DNA of 64,000 nucleotides from Parasitella parasitica NRRL 2501 (lineage: Eukaryota; Fungi; Mucoromycota). Numbering within the stretch: the first letter of the stretch is position 1; each line of letters begins with the position of its first letter. Made by a program: the position numbers and the translations under genes. Below the pieces are notes generated by a model. The model was not told where the DNA came from. It saw nothing but the letters and a program-made list of their open reading frames with translations, and ran no database searches. The stretch covers positions 60,541-124,540 of the forward strand of contig MU619287.1 of NCBI GenBank assembly GCA_025201805.1, written 5' to 3'. This document shows, in pieces, positions 13,586 through 26,810 of the stretch.

Positions 13586-15187
13586 AATTATATTTTATTT
13601 TTCAAATGTTCAATGATAGCATGAAGATATGTAAATGTCGGCCGTTCTTTGTGTCAGACGTATACTGTCTTTTTTTCTTTCTTTAAGCTCAATTTAGTAT
13701 ATATGCTTTTAAAAAATATTAGAGATATCAAATCGAGTTACAAAAGAGAGAGAGAGAGAGAGAAAAAAGAAAGTTGTCGAAAAACTTTGCTTATATATAC
13801 ATGAAAAAAAAAAAAAAAAAGGTTAAAAATAAATCGGTAGCTTAAGTCGGTGAGTTAAACCCATATACATCATATGCCTAAAAGTTGTGTAAAACAAAAA
13901 AAAAAATAGGTTACCTCCCCTCAAATTGTTATTTTTTGCATCTAATAGAATCTGTGTATGTGTAAATGAAAAAAGGGTAAAGATTTATTTGTGTAAGCGT
14001 GTGTAATGCGAGCTGGTAGACAGCCATTAGAAACCACGTTTTGTGTGGCAGCCAAAAGAAAAAGCCAGGTACAGAATCATGATGGGTTAAAAATAATCTC
14101 CATCAAAAGCTGGATCTACCAGTAACATCAGCTTGTGTACCTCGATTTTCGGTATTGTTTTACAGTTTTCAAGAAGGAAAAGATCAAGTGGTTGACATCG
14201 AATTGACTCAAATATCAATTGAAGACTTTTTTGTTATGATACGTCCCTAATATTTGTATTGGAATACTGTGAGTATCCATTCCGTGTGAGAGCGTAAAAA
14301 TATGTTTGTTTTCTTGAATGCTCTCCTTACTCAACTGACAGCAGTTACAAAAACAACCCTCGCCCTACAAAGAAATCAATGCTGCTCTAAATTTAACATC
14401 TAAAAATAACCTGTTTTGAGTCCCCAATGCATGAGTTTCAAATGACGGTACTATAGCAGCCATGGACAAACAAAATGGACCCTCATTATTACCATGGGAA
14501 CATCTGTATTTGTATATAATTATCCGAGTTTGGCTGAGGATGATAGAATAATGCAGCATTGCAATTCAAATGTTAGCATAACAAAAATAAAAAAAAGGAG
14601 GTTATGTATAAACAAAAGAATCAAATGTGAGTTGCTATTTCGTGGATTGATTTTATTTTTAGCAAACACACACTTTTTTTTTGGTGTCTTGTTCTGCTTG
14701 AAGCAAATGTCTTGCAGCTATTGTTAGCATAAATTCCACATTGAAAAAGTTACATAGTCCAGCTTGATGGCAATTGCCAAGTAGCTAAGTTGGGTATGCA
14801 TGTCTTAAACTTCGATTCAACTTTAATTGTACCAAGTAATGCAAGCACGATAGTCCGTATAACCAGTTAATACCGCGTACAAAATGGTTCATAACAGCTC
14901 CATGTCAATTGAACGAGCCATTAGCAAAATATGAATGAAGAAAAAAACGATTTGATTGAGGTAATTTCCAATATATTTGTTTAAAAATAACAGGAGAAAA
15001 CGGTTACTGAATTAAATATTGGAAATACAAACATCGTTTGTTGTATGACGAAATATTACCAGTTACAGTGCCTGTTCATCATAAATCGTATAAGCCCAAA
15101 CAGTTTAATTTTTATGATGTATTATAATGTATTAACTTTTTATGATCGCTCAATAACTTCTATAAATATACAATCCAGAATTAAAAT

Positions 15188-17541
15188 TCATCCACCAGCA
15201 GGAATCATCTCTGGTAAAAGGTATTGCTGGATGCATGCCATTGCACCCATTATACAGCACATGCCTACGGAATGTATGATGGTACGTCTCAATATTTGTC
15301 CTTCTTTTCCCTGCAATCCGATTGTAGACACGCCTGTAGTTAGGTTTTGAGGAGACACCATTTTGGACGTGATTGCACCCGCCGAGTTGGTTGCAGCCAT
15401 CAGTATCGTGGAGAGTCCGATTTCTCTGGCTGCTACTACTTGCAAATTACCAAATAGTGAATTTGCTGAAGTATCACTGCCTGATAGAAAGCAAGCGATC
15501 CAGCCTAACCAAGCTGATAAAAATGGAAATGCGCGGCCCACTGAAGACAGTTGATATCCAATCGTATAAACAATACCTGCATGAATTTAAATAATCAAGT
15601 CTTTTCATCTTTTGTTTCTCTTCTTACCTGAATAATTTAATAAATACGCAAATGCCATAATCAGCGACACTGTGATAGTGGGTCTATAAAGTTGTATTGC
15701 TGTATCTCTCAGTGCGGTGGGAAATATTCGAGGATGAGCTCCATTGAGCATAACAATGGCCGAGAATGGTACAGTAGAAACCAGAATGGCGGTTCCTATC
15801 GCTAAGGGTTGAAAACCCCAAATTGCGTCGTATTTCTTACCATACAGCGTCAGCCAAACCTTGTATATGTATACATATATATATATATATAATTTTTGTG
15901 CTTTTAGCGCATCGTACTTTGTGATCTATTGATTTGTTTTTACCTGTTGATGTAAATGTGGCCATTGTACATTGATCTGGCCCACATTCGTTATTTTTGC
16001 AAAGGACCATCTATAAAAAAAATCATCATCATCAGTGTATTTATCAAATAGACTAATGCCAACTTACATCATCACTACACCAACCACAAAAGCCCATGGA
16101 CTCCATGCTAGTCCTGTTTCCTTCCAACTTGCTTTTTCATATACGTGATCTGCTGTTGTAGCAACTGTAATACGAGATTGTGTATCACCCTGCTGAATAA
16201 TCCTGTCACTCTTTTTGGTCGCTACATCTTCAGATGATGCTATCGAAGACTCAGAGGCTGAATTATCCTGATGCTCTGCCATCATTGCATCTTTCTTTGA
16301 GTAGACCAAGTTGTCACTACCATCACTGCCTGCAACCGAGTTAATTTTTTCACTCTGCTTCACAGAACATGATAACGACTCGTCATTCGCGAACAAAAAG
16401 TCCATGTTTGCCTTGTATTTTGCCCTATAAGGAGGCTTCCAATATTGCACAAATCCCATGGTGCAAATTAAAGAAAGTAAACCAGCTATCAGGTCAGGCA
16501 ATTCAGGACCTACCCAGTTAGCAAACACTGCTTGCACTGTAGCAAACACCAATCCTGATACTAAAGCAACCGGCCAACATTCAAACAATCCTTCCCGGAA
16601 CCCTGCATAAATTGTAAGCGTGTAGGCTGGTAAGAATACACTAACAAATGGCAATTGACGGCCCATCATGGCTGACAATGACATCAGAGGCAATTCAGTC
16701 AATGCTGCCAAAGTTGCGACTGGAGTACCCAAGCTACCAAATGCTACAGGTGTGGTGTTGAATAACAAGGTGTAAACAATAGCATCAATTGGGTCAAACC
16801 TAAGAGTTGACATGCATGCTTGTTAAAAACAAATCATCCCCGTAGGGAATGCAGTTTTATAGCTTACCCTAAAGATACCAGCAGCGAGGAACAAATAGCA
16901 CCCGGTACACCGAATCCTGCTACACCTAAACAGACATGCATGCTTGTCAGCCATTATATTCATACGGGTGTACGGCGTGTAAAAACCTTCCAACAAAGAA
17001 CCAAAGCAAAAAGATATAATCAACAGAAGAACTCTCTTATCAGGAGGTGTGTTGCTTATCATCCACTTTCGAAATAGGTGAAAGACGCCAGATCGAATCG
17101 TAATATTGTACAAATACCTAAAGAATGTGTTTAAAATGAGCGATCTTTCACAGTGAAAACAACATATACACACATGGCGTTCACTACAATCCACATAATT
17201 GGCCAGTTTGCATAAACAATGCCATATCCAATTGCCTCGAAAGCTTGTTGTGGTGGCATATGCCAACCAAAAATAGCAATAAATATACTAGACACACACT
17301 TTGCGTTATAACATATCTATAACGAGAATAGTATGTTTGTAAGAGCTTACCATGTAAAAAGCCCGCTGAACGCTGCATAATAGGCAGGTACACGAAATGC
17401 ACCTAATAGTACAAGTACAACAATCAGTGGTATGATGCCCACAAAGAACGATCCAATGAGGCTATTGCCAATGGGCGTTAATGGCTGTATAAATATGCCT
17501 TCCTTTATCACCGAGTCTGGAGGTGGAACACCTAGTGCCAT
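15188..17541 (-). CDS. L-lactate permease (LctP/LldP family), about 7 introns
   Basis: Hydrophobic multi-TM protein with LctP hallmarks: FCFGSLLEG|VAGFG.P, NTTPVAFGSLGTP, GPELPD, FLSGSDTSANSLFGNLQ, KMVSPQN. Confidence 0.9.
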
Positions 17542-18651
17542 TGAAATATGTGAGAACTAAAATGTGCCTTGAAAATTATTCAAAAAAAAAAAAAAAAAAG
17601 GAGAAAACGAAAGAGAAAAGGTTTTCATTGACAAAAATATATAAAAAGAAAAAGGGGAATTGTAGCTGTTGATTACATTACATTTGCAAATCATGATTTG
17701 TTTATGCATCGGTTTTAAATGCATCATGGCGCACAAGACGGGTGGATTAGGTTGAATTCATGTGTATGTATATGTTTGCATTAATTATGTTTGTGAGTTT
17801 GCGAATATCATTTCGTACGCAAAATGTCCATTGCCTAAAAAGATGATTAAAGTATAGTTCAGTATTTTTCGGTGCCAAATACAATTTTGCAGATCTTTAT
17901 GCAGGCCATTCGCATAAAGTGATAGACCCTACCACAACAAAAACAAAATATATGCAACCAATGAGCCCATCATCTAAGGCCAAGTGTAAATAATGCCGAG
18001 CAAGAAGCAGATAGCAAAGCAGTAGGTTTGGAACGAATACATTTTTTTGACCCATATGGAAGAATTGATGCTGTATTATGCGTCGATACATAACAAGAAC
18101 ACTACTACTTCCGCATGTGACTCTTGATGTATGGTCAATACATTCTTGTAAAATGCTGACAGGTCTATTGACAAAGAGGGTCCAAAGGCTATTGATACAA
18201 GAAAAAGCATTACACTACTGTTTCTATCCATCTACTATGCTTAGTAGTAAACAGTTCCTGAGATGAATTATTACCGTATCATCACTATGGAATCCTTAAA
18301 ACTCAATTCCAGGAGAGGGTAAGGATGATGGTTATTTTGTGGAAAGAAATGTATGAATCCCTTTTATCGCCGCAGCATAATGTACATCAATAGACTACTT
18401 GTATCAAGATGGTACATTAATAAACACATATATGCATCATCAATAATACGAAAGTATGAATTCATGCTAAAATAAACTACCATATTATATTTCCAACTTC
18501 AAATTGAATACATGATGTTTTACAAAATATAACAATATCGCTAATTAGCATCTGCAAGGTAATGTTGATGAAGTTTTACACTGCACAGCTACGCACTATT
18601 TTTATTGTTATTTAAAGCATTCTTTGCAATGTAAGTAGCGTTTATTCCTGA

Positions 18652-20805
18652 TCAATAACGCGACGATAAAACTACTTTCATGTCAACTGCATTCAAGAGA
18701 ATAATGCCTTTGGTAATCAAGCCATTTTTATGAATACTATCCTTTGGCAGTGTCCATTTATATTTCCTCACTAAAACATAATCCAAACAGAAGAATAAGT
18801 TTTCATACTTACGTAACAGACAAAATCACTTACAAAACATGGACAGCATCACCTTTTGTTCGTTCACAGCAAAGCTGCGACCAATGCAATGACGAGAACC
18901 ACCGCCAAATGGAACATACGTCAAGCCTGAGCCTGCATGTTGTTCTGCCTCACCTCCAGGTAAAAAGCGGTCTGGGTTAAATAAGTTAGGAGAGCTCCAA
19001 TACTTTGGATTTTTATGGATACTGATAGTATCAATGACGATAGTTGATCCTTTTGGAATGAATGTTTCTCCCAACATGCAATCTTCGGAAGCAAGGCGAG
19101 GACTACTTACAGCAACTGGAGAGTGCAGCCGAAGTGTCTGATAACGCGATAACTGGTTAAAGCCGAAATCTGATTCATTATCATACCTTGCAAAATACCT
19201 CTTTTATGACCATATTTAAATAGTCCATTTTGGACACCTGTTCTGCTGTTGGTAGTACATCTATCTTGTCGTCTCCCAGGATAGAAATTACTTCGTTTCT
19301 TGCCTTTTCTTGAATATCCTATATTTTACGCATGTTTGTATATTTTTTAACGCTGCAATAATATAGTCGTAATTATAGGTTGTGCAGAGCCAAGTACCTG
19401 ATTGACGGCAAGCTCGTACATGAAAAATAGCATTGCAGCTGTTGTAGTATCATGCCCGGCAGTGAACAGCACACACATATTACTCTGAAATCCATAGTTT
19501 AGGTCAATATGTGTGCAGATATATAATCTAATATTTACCAGCAGCATGTCGTTACTAATATCCGAGATATCTTGATTTTCGTTTGTATCGGCACTCTCAA
19601 TTAGCAGCGTTAAAATGTCTTTTTCACTTGCTTTTTCAGCTGGGCTGTTTGTGTCTCCACGAGAAATCGCTAGCTCCTTCATTTTTTTTTTCTCTGTCAA
19701 TAATGATCTCTTTTTTGTAATGATCTCTCGAACCATGTCCAAAAACACATCCAATTCCTTGTGAATCTCTTGGCGCTTTGGGAATAGCCAAAGATAGTCT
19801 GTATCCAAGCTTGGAAAAAAGAAAAAGAGTGGATCCATAATTGCTTCAGTTACTTTACCGTATCTCAGGACGTATTCACTCTTTGAATCTTGTAGCGAAT
19901 TGAATTTAAAGTCTTTTGTAATGGCATTAGGTCAGCTAGCAAATCTTTGCTCCATCATTTCGCTTACCAAACCCTGCATCGCCAATGACGTCCAAGGTGT
20001 AGTTTGTGAGAAAGCTACCTAAATCAACGACATTTTCGTCATTGGAAGCTGTTGACTTTGCTATAGAGGAGAATAGCTTTTCTGTATACAGACCAAATAA
20101 ACTGATGGGCATTGCACTGTGGAAGGCAGGGTTCGCAATCTTTGAAATACATTAAAAACGATGCATTCATGCTATAAGCCATGTTAGTACACTTTACTCG
20201 TCTTTGGCGCTTCCATTCTGCTCCAGTGGAGAAGAATAAGTTGTTTGATCTTGCAGAAAACTTGCCGCTGTAGGTCCCAGCATGATTTGCAGTCAAATCA
20301 AGCTTGGGAAACAAGTCTGCATACGACGGTTAGTATGGCTTGTCATCGCTATATAAAACGAAATCCGCGTTTACCGTTCTTGTTGTAAACAATCTTTGCA
20401 AGCTCAGGCTCTGTTACATATATATTCCATATTTTTCTGCTAGGACGCTAAATTGCCAAAGATTAATCTACTATAGCCGTGTTCAAGCAATGATAGCCAT
20501 TTTTTTTTTTTTTTTTTTACCAAATAAAGACCATCAGGACTTCTAGCAATGACTGGATCGATATATTTCTTGGTGATTTCCACCAGTGACTGAGCCCTTA
20601 GGAACGCCATCATGATTCCCACATAGCTAGCATTGGGTATATGCTTTAGTCTCTTTGGAGGAGAGGTTGCATTTTTAAAGAGAACAAAAGTCAGTGTAGC
20701 AACAATAGCCGTGCTAATAGATAAAATCTTTTTCGAACGAGACAAGCTATTTGATTCTTTTACTATAGCGTTTAAAGTCGACAAAATAAGCGAGTTTGAT
20801 TCCAT
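18652..20805 (-). CDS. Cytochrome P450 (Mucorales CYP509-like), multi-exon
   Basis: N-terminal TM anchor; WKRQRR; I-helix AGHDTT; KE|TLR (ExxR); FNPDRF; heme motif PFGGGSRHCIG. Confidence 0.93.
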
Positions 20806-21074
20806 TTTTGCAAGCTAAAGAAGAAAGCCGTAAAATAGTACCCTGATCATGGCTTTTTCTTAGAAATGACACTATTTGTCTGCTGACGTACAGTTTGCTG
20901 GAAAAAGCCGCAGAAACATGCATATACGATGCATGAGACTTACACAAAAACACTGAAGGCTATATTAGGCTCATTGCCCTCAAGATGTCTCGAAACCACA
21001 CGGTCATAAAAACCCAATTCTTGATGGCAAAAGAGCTCAAGTGTATATTTACAGGGTATAAAACGTGATTTCGC

Positions 21075-22869
21075 CTAATCAGAGGCCACTTCATAGTCTA
21101 TAACAAGCGGCATATCCACACCATTAGAGTTCTCTTCCAACATTGTCATATCCAGAGTCAGGTAGGCTGCAACCTGAGTGATTTTCTTTCGGAATGGCCT
21201 CAGCACTTCGTTAGCAACACCTCTTTGGCCATTTTTTTTAAAGATGTCCTTGACGCTCTGCTTGTCCTTTCCAATCAACCTATATATTAACTATTAAAAC
21301 AAAAAAAAAATAGATTGAGTACTAGTTGAATTAGGATGGTATGCTGCCTTACTTCATTATCAAACTTTGCTCTGATAGTGCCTTCATGCTCTGCATTTAC
21401 TTCGTATTTTACTACAGGATCACCCAGCTCGAGCTCCAGATGGAACAGTTGATCTTTACTCATCAAAAGTCGTGCTATTTTAATGCACTGCAATTTTACT
21501 CTGAATATATCCGGGATATCTGCCTTTGTCTGTTCTCTCATATTGATCAGCGTCTGCTTGAGTACATCAAATGAGCAATTAGCCCTTCTCTGTTCATCAA
21601 TCTCAATCTTGTCATTGTTGGCTGCCATCTCAAAGCTTTTCCAAACACTAGGGTCCACAAATGACAAATCCTCAGTGTCATCATCTTCTGTTTCCATAGG
21701 CGTGGGTCCATCCTGGTCCTGTTCATTCGTCTGTATTGTCGCTGATGTTGGTACCTCTGCCACGGGAGACTCAGGCTCAACTCTAGATCTCTTGCTTATT
21801 GCTGGTGATGGCTGTAAAGCCTTTGTCCTTTTGGCTAATGTTGTTGATGTGCGATGTGGGCTGATTTGGGGTGGATCCATAAAATCGTCATCACTAAAGA
21901 AACCGCCGTTTGGCATATCTGGAGGCGTTATGTTTGAATCCATGTCGACAGACTCCATCATGTCTGAACCCGCCATATTGGTTTCAATCGATCCTAGCAT
22001 CAAATGGTCGTAGCCGAAATCGTCATCAAAGCCCTCCACTTGTTCTGTCTGCACTGCGTCTTCTCTGGACACTCTGGTTCTACTGTCGTTGGCGCTAGAA
22101 ATTGGCGCAGCTGGCACTCCTCGGTTACGATTATTTTCTGCGGGAATGGGGGTTATCGGCTCTTCTATGATCCCTAATTTTCGCTTGCACCTGTCTTCAA
22201 GTTCTGCAATCATGTCTCCACCGTATAATTCGACAACATTTCCTCCCAGCACTTTGACGTTCTCTTTTGTGAGTAAAAGCATTCCTCTTCTGACTCGGCA
22301 TCTTTTGATAAGCAACTATGGATGAATTGATTAACACATGTAAACATATCCCGCTTCAGGTGGGTCCTTACCTTGCAGCCAAAAGGAGTCTTCAAATCCA
22401 AACCAGGTATCGTTTCCAGCTCCATTGCGTATATTTGTTTGGAGCCGTCGGTCAGCACCCATTGCAGCATGCCTCGAGGAATATTCACATCATCGCCTTC
22501 GTTTCTTTCAATGTAAGTCTGGCGTACAGGCGTTGCATTGCTTAGCGAGTTTAATAAAGAGAACGCAGAGTGTCGAATATCCAATGCGTCTTGTATCTGA
22601 AGCACAACACCGCAGCCCTCCCGCAAGTAACCTACCGGGAACGTGTCTACAGGGTTTTTGTCGTAATCGTCTTGAATCACTGGCACCGAGGTAGCTGATA
22701 TATCAGTGTTGAGGAACTCGGCAACAAGTTCAGCGTAAGCATGCTCGTAGTTGGTGATAGCCTCTGACCGAGCAGCTCTCCATGCTCTTAAATACTCTGT
22801 CTTTAAGCGAATGCCGGTTCTATCCTTGCACCATCGTAACAAGATAACAGGTGGTTCATCAGAAGACAT
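21075..22869 (-). CDS. RMI1: RecQ-mediated genome instability protein 1 (Top3/Sgs1 cofactor)
   Basis: RMI1_N/OB fold: FLNTDI, VVLQIQDALDI, PRGMLQWVLTDGSKQIYAMEL..PFGCK|LLIK..VRRGMLLLTKENVKVLGG; acidic linker; C-terminal OB-like segment. Confidence 0.85.
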
Positions 22870-22926
22870 ATTGTTGTGAGACAACTGCACAGCGTCTGTT
22901 TTTTCGGACACAAGTTGTAACTGGAT

Positions 22927-22943
22927 ACGCGGTTTACGCGAAA
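22927..22943. promoter_or_regulatory. Tandem ACGCG (MCB/SCB/E2F-like) elements upstream of RMI1
   Basis: ACGCGG at 22927 and ACGCGAAA at 22936, about 60-75 bp upstream of the RMI1 ATG. Confidence 0.35.
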
Positions 22944-23006
22944 GATGAGGGTCACAATTTTGATCTCCCAACATCCAAGGACGCTGGGAACCCCTAAAAG
23001 ATTACA

Positions 23007-23900
23007 GATTCAGCTAGGGCACTCTTCAGATTTCGTTACTGCAATGGGACGACAATGGGCTTTGTCGTTCACGTGACTAAGTAACTGGATGTTAAAAAGA
23101 GCCTCCCACCGAACGCCCGTTTGGATGTCAACGTGTATCCCTCATTAAGCGTTTTATAAAGGATGCAGACACAAAAACTACTCTTTGTGATGAATACGAT
23201 TGGAATATACCCGGCTTGTACTTCAGGGGTAGAACCAATACTCGCTCAACAACCAATTGACTTTGTGCATAATGTTGTCTTGGATAAGGCACCTGCTGTT
23301 GTGTCATCCTATAAAGCATGTTGCTTAAAGTTACGTTGTTACTGCAGAAACATCAGTGTCTAGTACGACAGAACCTGGTTAAGGCACTCCTGTCCAAGAA
23401 GAGGAACCGAGGATCTCTTGGAGGATGCTGTGCAGTCTGATTCTGGTAAAGACATGGAGATTGTTCTGACTCCCAGCGATGCATGGGAGCAGAAGAAAGG
23501 TATCCGTCGGCAGTCTACTCTGCTCTGATAGCTATCATCAATTGAAATTAAAGCTAAATATGAATGGCTCAAGAAATGGCATCACCACTCGACCAATTCT
23601 TAGTCTTTCTGCCACTTGGAGCACCTTCATAGAATCATCGTCAGCATTAAGGCTCACGCAAAGAATTGTCAATGAAAGTTGGGCTGATGATCTCTTTTAA
23701 TGAGTATATGATGAGGCTCGCACTCTTGAGCATTATCGCAGCGACTATTCAGTCTGGCCGCAAGACATATTGGAGACAAGGATCAAGTCATTTTGTGATG
23801 AGCATCAGTCCCAGCGAGTATATGTCCTTTAAAAGGTTGCCAACAACTTTCGAGACAATAAGGTCTCTTACCATGATGTCAGTCTATGTTGAATAAACGG
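23007..23900 (+). pseudogene. Decayed coding-like relic of unknown origin
   Basis: Protein-like stretches broken by stops (e.g. LSSIEIKAKYEWLKKWHHH; VYDEARTLEHYRSDYSVWPQDILETRIKSFCDEH); less AT-rich than normal intergenic DNA; no recognisable motif. Confidence 0.25.
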
Positions 23901-24101
23901 TCTGTTTTGCAGGGTGCTAAAAAGTTGTTTGCAGATCAAATTTACCATTCACAATTCATCCCCTTAGCATATACCTACAAAAATCCCCCAGCAATTTTAC
24001 AGACCACAACGTTAGTTTCTTTGGACTTAAGTTTTTTGCGACATCATTTTGGCAAATGGTGTCCATTCAATTGGCCTTTATTCAGAATTCAATGCTACCT
24101 T

Positions 24102-24839
24102 TTAGTTGTATGCCATATCCCAAAATTCAACTTCAAGAGATAAAATCTCTCTGTAAACTTTTTCAAAGCTTGCAACTCGACGGGGATCAGAAGTATCAAG
24201 TTCGTTTACAAGTGCTTCACAGTCATCAACAAAATCCTCAAACTCTCCCATAGTCCAATTACTCATCAATTCATGGCAGGTCCTAAAATGTACATCTTTG
24301 GAGTCCTTTTCATTTTTTTCGTGCAATTCAGCATTTACAGCTTTTGCAAAAGTCCATGCATTAAAAAAGACAGCTTCCATAGCCCATAAAACAACCAAAG
24401 ATTCGCCCAAATCGTAACCGCCTTCTCGAGCCACTTTACGTACAAAACCGACATACTTGCTTGTCCAAGCCTTTTGACCCATTGGTTGTACACTTTCCTG
24501 GTATGGTTTCCTACTTAAAATGTCCGTAAAGAACTGGCTCTCACGGTGCACATTGGACAAAGCAAAGGCCAATACCCGGATGATGTTTTGTGCCTTGTCG
24601 GGCGAATAACGTGGGTTGTTGTCGCCCAATTCACGTTGATCTTCATAAAGAGGTAATCGAGATATCATGATGCCCATCATCTTGATATAGCCGCCTGTGT
24701 AGAATCTGTCCTGAATGAGCCATGATTTGAGGTGCTCGGGCTTGACTTGAAGAGAGCCGACCTGGGATAAGAATGGATGATGTGTTGCCTTTTCAAACGT
24801 GTTTTTTTCTAGTGAAAGAAGATGGTCGGTAAGCTTCAT
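24102..24839 (-). CDS. TenA/THI-4/PQQC family (heme-oxygenase-like fold) protein
   Basis: Intronless 245 aa; ATHHPFL, WLIQDRFY, WAMEAVFFNAW, NWT..EF, LEVEFWDMAY. Confidence 0.85.
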   Translation of the reverse strand: MKLTDHLLSLEKNTFEKATHHPFLSQVGSLQVKPEHLKSWLIQDRFYTGGYIKMMGIMISRLPLYEDQRELGDNNPRYSPDKAQNIIRVLAFALSNVHRESQFFTDILSRKPYQESVQPMGQKAWTSKYVGFVRKVAREGGYDLGESLVVLWAMEAVFFNAWTFAKAVNAELHEKNEKDSKDVHFRTCHELMSNWTMGEFEDFVDDCEALVNELDTSDPRRVASFEKVYREILSLEVEFWDMAYN

Positions 24840-25190
24840 TTTTTAATTTCGAGAAAGAAAGATGTAAAAGATCTTCTGATACAACACGGCGTTGTTGGTT
24901 TCAGAGCTCATTGCACGTGCTACTGGTGATCCTCTACTTTTATCATGGAGGTTGATTGAGTGAAAAAAATAAAATAGATCAGATTACACATGCATCATCT
25001 TTGAATAAACTTTATTAAAATCTTTGATATCTATAATGTATATAATCCCGACTTTTGAGCACATATTATGTAGTTTGAAGAATGCCAATACTGTTCATTG
25101 GTGTGACAAAGTAACGTTGTTGAATGAATTCTTTAAAAAATGTAATAAATATGGATTTTTTCTATGCGACATTAACTTGGTATTTTTTTT

Positions 25191-25757
25191 TTAAAGGTAG
25201 TTGAAGTATACGTAGATCGCAAGGAAGATCAAAGGAATAAGAATACGAAGAGGACTAGCAAAAAGAATATGTAAGCGACCCAACTTTTGGAATGAAAATG
25301 GTGTCCCCAATTTTGATTATTGGGGTGTTACTTACTTTCCCTTGGGCCCTTCAGAAATCGTTTCGGCAGGTCTCTCAACCTTGATAGGCTTAGACTATCG
25401 TAATAGACAACATTTAGTCGCATTTTACCAGTCGGAAATCACAAAAAAACTTACGGTAGGATCAACCTCACCAATGTGATACTTCACAAGGAGATCGCGA
25501 GCATCGTCAGTGTGGCCTACATCCTCAAAGGCGGTTGTAGCATCCTTGGCTCCTTCATCAAGCAAAACTTCTTCGCCACCAGGATGCTGTAGAATTCAAT
25601 CAGACAAATGACTTGAAAAGCAGAGATTTCATTTTCATCAATTTACCTCGTCCACAAATTTGGTAATGTCATAAACTTTCCCTTCGATAACCATCCAGAG
25701 ATCAGTTCTGATGTTGTGCTTGGCGATTTCTTCGTAGGTGTGAATTTTAGCAGACAT
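25191..25757 (-). CDS. CYB5: Cytochrome b5, tail-anchored (4 exons; not in the ORF track)
   Basis: [32 protein letters not shown]|[19 protein letters not shown]..; C-terminal [22 protein letters not shown]. Confidence 0.92.
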
Positions 25758-26287
25758 ATCTTTATTATTTAGTAGTGTAAGTTTTTATAAACCAAGAATA
25801 AACGAAAGGAGAATGGCATTATCTCTGCACAAAACTTGTTTATTTATTCAAAGAAAAAAGTGGTCCCATCAAAGACTTTCGTGCGCTATGAATACAGTAC
25901 TACACCATTGACATCGTATCATTAGCAACAGATCTTTTAAAGTTTTGAAATCATGTAACTTGTACTTCCATACAGCTTTTTAGGCTTTTGGATTTTCTGT
26001 TAGTTTTGACATGATTTACTACAAAAAGTTTGTTTGCAAGAGACAGCCAAAAGAGAAATCAACGGAGGTACATCCCGAAAAAAGAGCACCCCACTTTACA
26101 AATGGAAACCTTTCTACTGGGATATAAAGATTATGAACACTTGAAATTGCTATTAACATATTATCTCTCGAATTGCACTCTTGAGCCAATAATTAATTGC
26201 AATTCGCATTTGTGTACCTGTTACTAGTCTCTAAGGGATAAAATTGCTGGAGCCTGCTGGAGAAACATTGTTCGGGAGGGGGGGGGG

Positions 26288-26752
26288 NNNNNNNNNNNNN
26301 NNNNNNNNNNNNNNNNNNNNNNNNNNNNNNNNNNNNNNNNNNNNNNNNNNNNNNNNNNNNNNNNNNNNNNNNNNNNNNNNNNNNNNNNNNNNNNNNNNNN
26401 NNNNNNNNNNNNNNNNNNNNNNNNNNNNNNNNNNNNNNNNNNNNNNNNNNNNNNNNNNNNNNNNNNNNNNNNNNNNNNNNNNNNNNNNNNNNNNNNNNNN
26501 NNNNNNNNNNNNNNNNNNNNNNNNNNNNNNNNNNNNNNNNNNNNNNNNNNNNNNNNNNNNNNNNNNNNNNNNNNNNNNNNNNNNNNNNNNNNNNNNNNNN
26601 NNNNNNNNNNNNNNNNNNNNNNNNNNNNNNNNNNNNNNNNNNNNNNNNNNNNNNNNNNNNNNNNNNNNNNNNNNNNNNNNNNNNNNNNNNNNNNNNNNNN
26701 NNNNNNNNNNNNNNNNNNNNNNNNNNNNNNNNNNNNNNNNNNNNNNNNNNNN
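26288..26752. other. Assembly gap (N run)
   Basis: Run of N preceded by poly-G. Confidence 1.
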
Positions 26753-26810
26753 TTAATTTAAATGCATCAAAGTAGTTGATTTAAAGAAAGAGAAAAAAAA
26801 AAAAAAAGAT

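Noticed and set aside
24840-25000. TPP riboswitch upstream of the TenA-family gene
   Set aside because: No CTGAGA or GAACxTGAT..TAAT..GCG core and no intron seen on the coding strand.
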